Of a stretch of 64,000 nucleotides of DNA, positions 27,024 through 39,113 are shown one piece after another (position 1 is the first letter of the stretch; each line of letters begins with the position of its first letter). The stretch spans positions 744,001 to 808,000 of the forward strand of contig CAVNZM010000002.1 in assembly GCA_963693365.1 (NCBI GenBank), in the 5' to 3' direction. The notes beneath the pieces are model-generated. The model did not search any database, had not been told where the DNA came from, and was given only the letters and a program-made list of their open reading frames with translations. The stretch comes from Amoebidium appalachense (Eukaryota; Protista; Ichthyosporea). A program made the translations under genes and the position numbers.

Positions 27024-29139
27024 AACTGACTCATCAAAACATCGGGGCACTCGCGAACGCCATCGGCCACTTGACACTACCACGACCCGCCGGGGATCCG
27101 GGAACGTCTTCCTGCCCCCCGGGCCCCCCTCCGCCGCCTTCCGCGGCCACAACCCCCACCCCCGGCGGCCCCTCCTCCTCCTCGGGCCCATCTCGCGAAG
27201 AACGTCCCCACGTGTGTGCACTGCACCTCGAGATCCAGCTAGCTGAGGCCTCTTCTCCCAACCCAACCCCCTCCCCCCCCCCCCCCCCACCTCCCCCCTC
27301 CCTGCAAGTTCTGGGGGCCCACCCACCCGCCCACCGGTATGTACCCGGCCCTTCTTCCCCTTAAGGCTTCCCTCAAGCCATGGCCCAGCGCGCCCGTCAC
27401 GGAGGCCCGGCGATTTTTGAACTTCGAATCCCAGTCAGCTATCCCCCTTCCGAGAACTTGAAATCCGAAGACCCGGCCTGCGGCGGTGCGGAAATTTTTT
27501 TAGGGTGGATGGGAAGTTTGCCCGCATGTACACATGCACTGTCGGACACGTGCTATTATAGGCTATTGTACACAACATGTGACACATGTGTACTGTGAAA
27601 AATGTTTGTGTCTGGGTGCACGGTGTCTCTGCAGCAAGCTGCAGCTGCAGCATCAGTGGTTATAAATGGGAATCGTTTATTTTTCGCCTAGGATATGATT
27701 GTTCAAGCTCATTTAGTGAGCTAAATATCTTAGTGTGCCTCTGTAAAATAACAGTAATAAAAGGTAGCCATTGCACCGGACGAGGACTTCTTATTATTAT
27801 TTTTCTATTTTTAGGAAAATTTTCCGGTGGCGGCATTGGACAGTGCTAAAAATAGATTCTTGTTTTATCCTGCTGGAATGTGGTAGGAGCCCAGGGCTAC
27901 TGGCATCCTATATCATCGAATCGAGAAAATGAATCAGCAAAACTTAAAACTCAAATTTTCAGTGTACACACCCCCTACACCTGTATTTACAAATATAGAT
28001 TAAGCCCAATTTTTTAAGATAAAAATCTAATATCTAACGGGAATTAACAGCTTTATCGGTAAACAGAAGTTTGGAACGATCGAGGTGAACTCAGGAATGC
28101 AGCTCACATCCAAGTACCACAGTAGTCGAGTGGAACACCTAGGAGTATGCCTCGAGTAAACAGCGTAAACCCCTAGGAGTATAGCACCATCCAGTAGTAT
28201 TTTGAGGTTATAACAGGGTTTAAAACAAAGAGGTGTCTCTTTTCTATATTCTAAACTATGTAGGTGTGTGCCTCCCCCACTATTCAATCACACAGACTCA
28301 TTCGGACGAACGAAACGTTCGCCAAATTAAACAGTGTTGCGCACACAGGCACGGAGCAACATCAAACTGCGCACTGTAGGCATGGGGAAAGCGTGGAATT
28401 AGCACCACAAGAATATTTCTCTACTAGAACCTAGTTTGGACTTTGTTTGTTAGGGATATTGTTCAGTTTCCACACCCCGAAATCAATAGGATTCCTGTGT
28501 GTACGAATACTGCTCTAAGTCTGCAATACACGGTCACACGATTTGCGATTCCTTTTGTATTTTTGGCTGTTTTTGTTCAACAACTTTATACCTTGGTGTG
28601 TAAACTCAAGGCATAGAACACTCAAGGCAGGGTTACACATAAACACAAAGGCATTTTATTGAGGAGGGAAGAGAGTCGACGTCGTGTGCCAACAGAGAAG
28701 GCAGGTGTCTTTTGCCACAGTTCGACCACCTCTAGTTCTCAAATCGTGTCTCTGCACTGAAGGTCATGCCTCAAAAACCTAGTAATATCACGTGAAACGT
28801 GCTAGCATCTTCTAGTAGCAGCACTTATATCCGCATGTCACGCGGAAACCACGTGTATGGTTTATATTGCTGGTAGATAGACGAAATTTTTAGTGTGGTA
28901 GGCTCGCCAAAATAAACCACCCCGAGATTCGTCGTTCTCTTGGACTCTTCAGGGTTTCCCCTCTGAAAAACACCATAAACACATGTGTGAGGGTTTTTTA
29001 TATTCTCCTCCACACTACGACATATAGCTATCCAAAATATATCACTGTTACATATTTTCCGGCTCCCCTCACATATTATCATGCCGCGGTAGCTGATTTC
29101 CACCCAACCAAACAAGACACACCCACATCCTACCTGAAA

Positions 29140-29398
29140 ATGCACCTATTCAAGACCGAAGTGAAAGGGTTGGATGGGGCCGAGGGCGTTAATAAAATCG
29201 GCCGCCGGATCACCAGCCAGGCAGGCAGGGTTTTGCATCGTGCAGCCGACATACAGGGCACGTACACGCGCAGATTAAAGAAACTCTACGTAACTGAGAG
29301 TGTAAACTATGAGGAACTTGACTCGCCAGCGAGGCGAACAGCGGACCAAGAGGAGCCGACTTTGCATAAGTATGTGCATTCTCCCCTCTCCTTACCCC

Positions 29399-29470
<72 letters not shown>

Positions 29471-30062
29471 CCTCCCAACACACTCACGCAAACACACACA
29501 CCACAAACACCCAAACACAGAGAGAGGGAGGAGCGCAGATTCGCTGACAAACACAAGCACAAATCTCCACCCGTTACGCGCAATGAATGTTTGACCAAAC
29601 TCGGGACTTATTTTTTCATTATTTGCACGTTCCGTGTGTGTGATTGTGTGTGTGTGTGATTGTGTGCGTGCGTGTGTGTGTGTGTGTGTGCAGCAGTATT
29701 TCGTGTGTCTGTGTGTGTGCGTGTATGTGTGTGTCTGCGTCTGTGCCTGTGCCTGTGAATCCCAGCTCTCACTTTGTGGTGTGTCCTGGAAAGTTCTTAT
29801 TTGTACATAGCAGTCACGTGTGCCAGCTTCTGTGTCACTGCTGGTGTCATGCCTGCACATGAGTGCTGGTGACAATTCACTTTTTTCCATTTTTCATCCC
29901 TTTGCCCCCTTTTTGCTTATGATATCTCCCCTTTTATGATTCCAATCCTCAACCTCAAGCATAAATCACCCCCACACACCCTCCCTCCCTCCCTCAGTTA
30001 CACCCACCCACCCACCCTACGTTATGCACAAACACACACACACACAAAGCCAGGCACGCACG

Positions 30063-30106
<44 letters not shown>

Positions 30107-30227
30107 GGCGTCCCCCCCTACCCCCATCCGTCCTTCCCTCCCTCCCCCCCCCTCCCCCCCCCCTCCCCCACACACACACTAGCGCGTCCCCCCACCCCAC
30201 CCCCACCCGTCCTCCCCCTCCTCCCCC

Positions 30228-30282
<55 letters not shown>

Positions 30283-30467
30283 CGTGCTGCGGATCATCCT
30301 GTCCGTGGTGATTGGCTTCATCATTGCCTGCATTGTAACCCTGCTGGTGCTCGGTGCCCTTGTTGCTGCCGAGAAACTCCAGTTCATTTTATTTCACAAC
30401 ATTGTGCAGAACGAGTCAAAGCCCATCCTTGTACGGTATGCAATGGTATGTTCAAACTTCCCCATCC

Positions 30468-30543
<76 letters not shown>

Positions 30544-31866
30544 CACACACATACACACACATGCACATTCACACATACAAACACACGCACATCCCCCATC
30601 CCCCTCCCCAGCCTTTCCGATCTCTCCCCACACCGCTACCTAAGGGCTTAGATCGCTTTTCCCCTTCATTTTTTGTTATAATTAATAGTTTTATTCCCAC
30701 CATTACCATTACCCCCCGGATAATTTGTCTTGGTTTTACAGTTGTAACAACGCAACAGCAGAATGGGTAAAGTTGGTCTCTGTTAGGGAAGTAAGAGCTT
30801 CTTCTTTTTTTTTTTTTTGCAGGGGGGAGGAGGGGGAGGGAGTTGTAGTTTGATGGTATTACCTCCAGTCTTCCCGTGTTCCAGCCACGTTAAATCACCC
30901 ACGGGTCATCCTAAAGCCCCCCCCCCACCCCCCGCCTTCCCCCCCCCCCCCCCCCACCCCCCCCCCCCAAAAAAACCAACCCCCTTCTCCTCTTCAACTT
31001 CCTCCACAGCCCCTCCCCTCCCCCCCCCCCCCCCGTCGTTGGGCCCTCCCTGAGGATGGGCTCTGCTTATGACGCATACTGTGCGCATGGCTGATGTTGC
31101 ATACTTGAATGTTTGCCTTTGCATGTGTCCTTCGTGTATGCGTACTTCGTACCGTGTTCCGCATTCAAACCCCCCCAGTCTTCTTTCAGAGGTGTCCTTT
31201 CAGGACAGACCACTGTGTGGAGACCGCTTTACTTCCATGCAACCGGGCATGGTTGCTCTGTGTCGTGCATCTGTAAACACATACGCATTTTCCGCTGCAC
31301 TGCATTAGTTTGCACACACATATTCACCGTTTTGCTCACCTTGCTTGCATAAGCAACCCTGCTCGTCTTTGATCAAGACGGGTTGACCCTCCCAAGTTCA
31401 GTTGATGCTGCTGTCTGAGTTGGAGAGTCGTATATACGCGGGCTAAGGGGTCGAAACTCAGACGCAATTGATGACTTGGGCCCTCCCTGAGGATGGGCTC
31501 TGCTTATGACGCATACTGTGCGCATGGCTGATGTTGCATACTTGAATGTTTGCCTTTGCATGTGTCCTTCGTATATGCGTACTTCGTACCGTGTTCCGCA
31601 TTCAAACCCCCCCCCCGTCGTTCCCTCTTCTCTCGAACTCAAAGACCCCAATAATGTTGTACACACAGGTGTGTGTGCATGCCATATTGTTGTTTTCGCC
31701 TTGCATCTCTTCACTTTGCACCACGGAACACACATTAACCCTCCAACCCCGCTCTCCCCTTCCCCCCCCCTTTCCCCCCCCCCCTCCCTCCCCCCTCCCT
31801 CCCTTCCCCCTCTCCACACAACCACACACACGCGTAAACGTACATGTGCGCGCGAGCGTGATTCCA

Positions 31867-31956
<90 letters not shown>

Positions 31957-32570
31957 CACTTGCCTTTTCCATGGGCCTAGCCTGGGCCGGCTGTCTTCTC
32001 GTTCTCATCTACCCGGCCGTGGGTGGCTCGGGCCTGCCTGAAGTGCTTGCCTTCCTTAACGGTGTGGTGGTTAGACCATACCTTAAGTTTAGGGTGCTGG
32101 CGTTAAAGTCAGTCGCAATGATCCTTTCGTATTCGTCAGGGCTATTTTTGGACATGGAAGCACCAATCATTCACGTCGGTACGCTGGTGGCTGTGACGGT
32201 TGGACGTGTTTTCATCAACAATCCACAGCTGAGGAGGTTCTATTATCGTGTGACGGATTCGAGACTGGAGAAAGGTGTGTGTGGGGGGGGGGGGGGGGGG
32301 GGAGAGGGAGGGGGGAGGCGGGGAGGGGGGGGGGGGGGGGGGGAAAGGGGTGGTAGCACACAGTGGTGATAGGTGTATGTGTGATTTATTTCTTGTGTGT
32401 GTGCACCCCCATGTTGCCCATGAGAAAGGGGGTGGAGGTTGGTGTGTGAATGTTTGTGTGTGCGCGTCAAGGTGTGGTGGTGATGGTGGTGGGGGGTGGG
32501 GGGATGAGGGTCACCTACACACAAGTACACATGTACACATGCACACTAACCCGCAGCACACCAACACACA

Positions 32571-32631
<61 letters not shown>

Positions 32632-33073
32632 ACACACACACGTACACACGTACACACAGGTGGTGAGGCTATACGTGGTGCCGTCCACCAAGACGAAACA
32701 TTCCGCGTTTATGCCGCCGCTGGAGCCGCCGTCGGCATGTCGGTAGCCCTGCGCACCCCCGTAGGCGGTGTAGCATTTGTACTTGAGGAGGCCACGTCTT
32801 TCTTTAAGCCCCACATCATCATCCAGACCCTCTACATGACCATCGTGGCCTACTGGATCCTACTTGCGTTCTTAAAGACAGGCAACTTGAAGAACATTAG
32901 CAGGGACGTGCTGTCTTTCTTCTACGATGTGTCGTGCACCCAGGCCTTCCAGTACCACCATGTGCTGTGGGATGTGGTCTTGGGCCTGGCATGTGGCATA
33001 TTGGGCCGTGTGATCATCAGGGTCTACTTGTTCTTGCAGGTGCGCACACACATCACACCCCCCCCCCCCCTCC

Positions 33074-33110
<37 letters not shown>

Positions 33111-33453
33111 CACCACACCACCCCTTTCCCCTCCCCCCCAATACATATTTGCGTTGTCTTTGCCGTCAGGAAATGTATTGTTCGTAGGTACCCTGCAACA
33201 CTTCACTTACTGACTTCTCGCTTCCACAACAGGGGAATGAAGTTTGTGCTCTTTTTACCTGTACATATAATTAAAGAACCATCATTGTTCAGTAACGAAT
33301 GTGAGAATTCTCGAATTCAGTTAGAGATTTCTCGCCCCGTTCCCCTTCTGCTTGGTTTTGCCTGTGTTACACACTGTTTGTTTTTGTACTCTTCACCAAT
33401 CCCCGTGCTTCCTAGCATGTCCTTAAAACCTTCTACGGTAACTTATCCTTACA

Positions 33454-33502
<49 letters not shown>

Positions 33503-33534
33503 CACACCACCACCCCCTCCTCATGAAACCTCCT

Positions 33535-33582
<48 letters not shown>

Positions 33583-33615
33583 ACCACACCACCACCCCTC
33601 CTCATGAAACCTCCC

Positions 33616-33665
<50 letters not shown>

Positions 33666-36072
33666 AAAAAAAAAAACACCCACACATACATTATACACCC
33701 CCTCTTCCCCCCCCCCCCCCCCCCCCCCCCCCGGCGCCCCCCAAACACACAAACATACATTACACACCCACACACCCTCCCCAAAAACCAGGATTTCCGC
33801 AAGCAAGTCATCCGGCCCCGTGTGCTGTACCGGTTCCTCGAGCTGACCCTTTTGGTAATCGTGACCACCTCGGTGTGTGTCTTCATCCCCGTCCTGCCCG
33901 GACTGGACACCTGCCGGCCCATTTCCTCAGCATTCCGGTCGCAATTTAACCGGATTGGCGACCTGTGTGGGGGGTACTGTATCGATAAGACCCCCAAATA
34001 CAACAAGACGTGCTTTGCGTCCAACCTGTGGAACCAGTGCAACACCCACACCATGGAGACCGAAATTAGCCACCAGGTAAAGACCCCCCCCCCCCCCCCA
34101 AAAAAAAAAAAAAAAAAAAAAAAGCCGCCCCACCCCCTTCCTTGACCCTTCCTTTTGCATGCCCCCCCTCCCCCCCCCCCCCCCCCCTCCCCCCTCTCCC
34201 TCCTCCCCTCCCCCCCCCCCCCCTCTCCCTCCTCCCCTCCCCCCCCCCCCCCCTCTCCCCTCCCTCCCCCTCCCCCCCCCCCCCCCCCCCTTCCCCCATG
34301 TTCCCTCTCCCTTCTTTTCCCTCCCTCGATACTGCCCTAGCTTCCCTCACTAAGCTACATTTCTTCTGTACCCCCCCCCCCCCCCCCCCCCCCCCGCCCT
34401 GCCCCCGGCCCAAATGCTGAGCCACAATACTTTCTTCCAGAGTCCCCCTCTCCCCCCTCTCCCCCAACACTGAGCCACGTTTCTTCTGCTCACCGCCCTA
34501 ACACCCTTCCTCCCCCCTCCCCCCCCTAGGCCATGACCCAGCTCTTCCTGACGGTGTTTGACAAGTGTGACGGCTACTCAGGCAACTTTTCCTATTTTGG
34601 CAAAGGCCAGCGGCTCAGTGTAGCCCAGCAGGCCTTCAAGGACGTCAACCTTAACCACATGGTCGTTAAGTTCGCCACCCCCACACACAATTCAGCGACA
34701 GCCCTCGCCCACTCAGGCGGTGACGAAGGCAAACCGGAATTGGCTGGAGCCAATCACGGAGCCCCAGTCGCAGCATCGGATCACAAGGCGGGCACGGTGG
34801 GAATCGCTCAAGCCCATTCGTCGCCTCCGGAAATCGAAAGCGGCCGGACGATGATTTCCCAAATCGAGAAAGACGATCACCAGGAGGAGGACGAACACCA
34901 CGAGGCAACCAATCATGCGGCTGCAGGTGAAAAGAACGAGGCCGAGGAAAAGGGAGAGGGGAGTGGACACGGCGCTGCGAGTGAAAAGAAAGAGGAAAGC
35001 GGCGAAGGAACCGGTCACGGTGCTCCAAGTGAAAAGAAAGAGGAAAATGGAGAAGGAAGCGGCCATGGTGCCCCAAGTGAAAAGAACGAGGTCGAGGAAA
35101 AAGGTGAGGAAGCCAACCACGGCACTCCAAATGAAACCAACGAGGAGAAGCCCCCTGCAGCCCAATCCCCCGATACCCCTAGCACGAGGCAATCTCTCGA
35201 ACCCGAACACAGTGCACCGAACAACACCACGAACCCCCCCGCCAATGTTGCGCAGCCCGCCCTTGGTGACGGTCCCACAGAGCAGAACCCAGGGCTTGAA
35301 AATTCGGCAAAAAAAATTGCACGGGCCCCCCATTCATGCGGCACTTGTACAACCAGGCCCTATGGTGGATTTGGTGAGTGAGGAATTTGGTTTTGAGCTG
35401 CAAGAATCCCCCCTCGCCGACGCCAAAGAAGGTCAGCAGGCGAGCAATCCTATTGGTGGGCACACAGCTGAGCCTGGTGTGATTGATGGGCCATCACGTA
35501 TTGGGCGGTCAGCCGAGCAACTGGGTGACTTTGTGGCGTTGGCCCACATAGCTGGTGCCACTGGAGTGACGGACGGCCTGCCAGATGACCTCAAGGTGTG
35601 TTAGAACAACCCGCCCCTCTTCTTTCCCCATCGGAGCATTCTGTATGTGTGTGCTTTGCAAGGACCTGTATGGTGTTGTCCACCGTGGACGTGTGCTTTG
35701 CTTCTATTTCAACCCCCCTTCACCCCTTTGCGGCTCATCTGTTCTTCTTTTCCCAGGTGTGTTTGTGCTTCCAGTCCATCGCCCCTCCCCCATCCCCCCA
35801 TCCCCCGTGTACTACTGTTATGTATTGCACAGTGTCACAGCCACACGTACGATTTGTATGTTGTGCTAAGCTGGTTTGTGTTCTCATACTGCGTGAACAC
35901 CCCCCCCCCCCCCCCCCCCCCCCCCCTCCTTTTTTTTTTTAACACTTCGTTACCCAAACACTCCATTCCTTACCTTCACAACACCCACCCTCCCTTCCAC
36001 ACCCTCCCGAAGGCAGCCACACATGCGGCTACAACCCTTCTTCACACAACAAATCCCTTAGCCCGTTCCAAG

Positions 36073-36106
<34 letters not shown>

Positions 36107-38123
36107 CCCCATGGATGATATTAAAACTTTACCATCCAATCAGTCTGCAGTGCGTACACGTCGTTCCGGTGCCGCCGCTGGCCCACCGGCATGCTTCTAC
36201 GAGCTTCGATCCCTTCTGTGGGTCAGCAGCCACGGCACGATCAAACACCTTTTCTCGATGGGCGTTTACGATCTCTTCTCGTTTGGATCGCTAATCGTGT
36301 TCTTATCGGTGTATACGCCCATTGCCATTGCCACCAGCGGGGTGGCCCTGCCTGCCGGTATGGTGGTGCCTGTGATGTTGATTGGGGCGGCGGGCGGCAG
36401 ACTGATGGGTGGGTGACGTCATGACACATTCTCTCTCTGTCCGTGTCTCTTCTCTTTCTAGTTTTCTCTCTCCCTTCACCCCCCACCCCCCGTCTCTTTC
36501 CTTCTCTCGCTCTCTCTCTGTCTCTAACTCTTCTCTCTCTCTCTCTCTTGCCTCTCTCTTCCGCTCCTGTCTCTTGCTCTCTCTCTAACCCCCCCCCCCA
36601 CACACACACACCACCCCACTTCACCCACCCAACCACCCACTCACTTGCTCTCTCTCATTCTGAGGATGGGCTCCAATTATGTTACTTATTTTGAGTCTCG
36701 GCTACATCTCCTCCCCTTCCCATAACCTAACCCCATCCCCCCTCCCCCCACCTTTTTTTTCCTCCTTCGCCCATACAGTCTTTGCTCACATTATGCTGTT
36801 TCATTCTTTGTCTGTGACCTAACCTCATTGTGTGTCATTGCCGTTAAATTCAATCCCCCCCCCCCCCACCCCCCCCCCCCCTCCCTCCCCCCTCCTCCCG
36901 CGAATACCCAAATATGGAACTCCCACCGCTATGGTGGAAATCCACGACTACAGCGTCACCCCTCCCCCCCGTTCCCCACCTTCCCTTTCTTTCTCCACCT
37001 GCTGGTTGTGTGCTGACTGGCTCCCTCCTTCCTCGTTTATTTCACAGGCATCGGGCTCAACGTTCTTTACGAGGAGGTCGGAATTGCCCCCATCGACCCA
37101 GGCGGCTACGCTATCCTTGGCGCATGCGGGCTGTGGACGGGGGTCATGCAAATTCCGTTCACTGTGTGCATCATCATGTTTGAAATGACGGGGTTCAACG
37201 TCACCATGTGGGGTCCAGAGCTATTGGTGGTGGTTTTGGTGTCGACGACGGTCTCTAGATGGTTCGGGCACTCTCTATATCACATGGAAATGCACTTGAA
37301 CCATATCCCGTTCTTGGGCTTCGACGCACCGAAAGAACTCGGAAAAATGGATATACAAGAGATAGCCTCAAAACCCGTAATTTCGCTGAAAGCCGTCGAG
37401 GGGTTGCAAAGGGTGCGCAAGATATTGTCGGAGACCACCCACAATGCTTATCCATTGGTGGACGAACACGGCGTTCTGATTGGTCTGGTGCTCAGGGAGG
37501 AGTTGGAAATTTCGTTCCTCGAGGTGGTTAGGCAAATCGGTGGACGATGTGAGTTTACCTGCACCCCCCCCCCCCCCCCCCCCCCTCCGCCCCCTCTTTC
37601 CCCCAGGGGAATAGGTCGAAACTCGGGTACTGTGGATGACGTGGGCCCCCCCTGAGGATGGGCTCTGCTTATTATGCATACTCTTTATGTATGGCTTGCA
37701 TTCTGCATCGTGTTATCCGTTTGTTCTTGTGTACTTCGTACTTTTTGACGCATTCAAAACCCCCCCTCCCCCTCCCCCCAACTTCCTCCCCTCCGCTCCT
37801 CCCGCTCTCCCGAGAACACCCCCCCCCCCCCCCCTCCCTCCCCCCTCCCCCCCCCCCCCCAAAAAAAAAAAAAAAAGAAAGAAAAGAAAATAAAAGAAAA
37901 GAAAAGAAAAGAAAAGCAACGATAACTAAGACGTTGATGAGCACCCACACACCACCACCAACTTTGCATCTCCTCCATCCGTTTCCCTTATGCAGATGTA
38001 GAACCAAAACAATTGGGAAGCTTAGGCACCGGCATTTGAATGACGGGTTATACCATTGTATGTAGACTATTTGCTGATTCCACACCCACAAAGGCATATC
38101 CATTGTTCTGTTTTGTTTTCACA

Positions 38124-38164
<41 letters not shown>

Positions 38165-38609
38165 AAGAGTGAAAATAAGTTACCAGTTCTGTTGCATCCT
38201 CTATTGCAACTAAACCGACCAATCACATGCAGGGTGGGACAGCGACGAGCCAATCAAAATCCACGAATACCACCACAGCCCCACCACCGTTATGCCTACA
38301 GACCGGGCGAGCCACGCATACAACATGATACGTCAGCTGGGGTTGAGGTATCTGGTGGTGGTCGATTCGAATCACCGACCCGTGGGTATTGTGACCCGAA
38401 AAGACCTTCAGATTCACCACGGGGAACACGGGCATGGGGGCCACGGCGATTCACATGGCGGTCATGGAAATTCGCATGGGGGGAACCATGATGAGGTGAA
38501 CCATGATGAGGTCGTCCGGGGTCTAAGACATTTGGATTCACTGTCGAATCTGTCTGTAATTTCGCATATTGATGGGGTAGAAAGCGGAAGGGAGGGAAAG
38601 AAGGAATAG
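29140..38609 (+). CDS. CLC-family chloride channel / Cl-/H+ antiporter with two CBS domains (CLC-6/7-like, divergent), ~1120-1190 aa
   Basis: Exons 29140-29369, 30283-30445, 31956-32274, 32660-33039, 33792-34076, 34530-35373 (or to 35595 with a 1-nt indel), 36151 (or 36144)-36408, 37048-37548, 38233-38609. Motifs [28 protein letters not shown]...[55 protein letters not shown] and [10 protein letters not shown]...GIVTRKDL. Confidence 0.92.
31039..31606 (+). mobile_element. Non-autonomous, non-coding retroelement-like repeat: 437-bp monomer plus a 131-bp partial tandem copy, flanked by a C10-GTCGTT target-site duplication
   Basis: 31039-31169 is repeated at 31476-31606 (period 437). CCCCCCCCCCGTCGTT occurs at 31025-31040 and 31607-31622. 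Further copies occur elsewhere in the window. Confidence 0.8.
37611..37758 (+). mobile_element. Diverged, 5'-truncated copy of the same repeat family (last CLC intron)
   Basis: Retains GGTCGAAACTC, GATGAC.TGGGCC, CCTGAGGATGGGCTCTGCTTAT, GTACTTCGTAC and the terminal GCATTCAAA + C-tract. Confidence 0.7.
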
Positions 38610-39113
38610 GCTAGGTGGGGACACCTGTGTGTGTGTGTTAATGTTTTTGTGTGTGGCGCTATATCTCTCTATATATGATTGGTTTTCTCTTCCTCTCTCT
38701 CATCGGAATTATGGGTGTGTGAGCGTGGTGGGGGGAGGCGGGGAGGGGAGGATGTGAACCTGATACTTTTGGTACTTTTGATGCAGTGTTTTGCTACTGG
38801 TACATGGGCAGTGTATGCTAAATGTGTTTGTACCATTCAACAATGACGATCTCATAATCTTTCAATCAGTGTTAACAGGCTTTGCATGTTCGTAGTTATG
38901 CTTATAGGTTTTGCATCACCTGTCGTGGCGTTCTTTGTACTATCTGGGATACTTACCTAGTAGGTATAGCATATATAAAAAGTAACAAGCTAAGATGAAG
39001 TTATAAATGAGATGATCCTTATTAGTTACAATGGTTAGCATCCGAGTTCATCGTAATCATGTGGCTCTGTTGCCCCATCTATTTCCAGTATTGGTGTGTC
39101 GGAGTCTCGTACA

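Noticed and set aside
31464-31537. Box C/D snoRNA-like layout inside the repeat (GCAA stem, TGATGA 31469, CTGA 31487, TTATGA, CTGA 31528, TTGC)
   Set aside because: It is embedded in a dispersed, truncated repeat, box C is missing or altered in other copies, and I recognised no rRNA/snRNA guide complementarity. A snoscan/Rfam search would settle it.
31373-31609. Recurrent ORF peptides ([15 protein letters not shown]..., [16 protein letters not shown]...) at 31.0, 31.5, 45.8 and 52.3 kb
   Set aside because: They are translations of the non-coding repeat lying within introns, with no protein-family features.
33455-33660. Short local duplication (…CACCACCACCCCTCCTCATGAAACCTCC…) x2
   Set aside because: Slippage-type duplication within low-complexity intron sequence, with no element hallmarks.
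37996-38057. Possible extra CLC exon
   Set aside because: It stops in the required phase; donor 37549 joins acceptor 38232 directly in frame.
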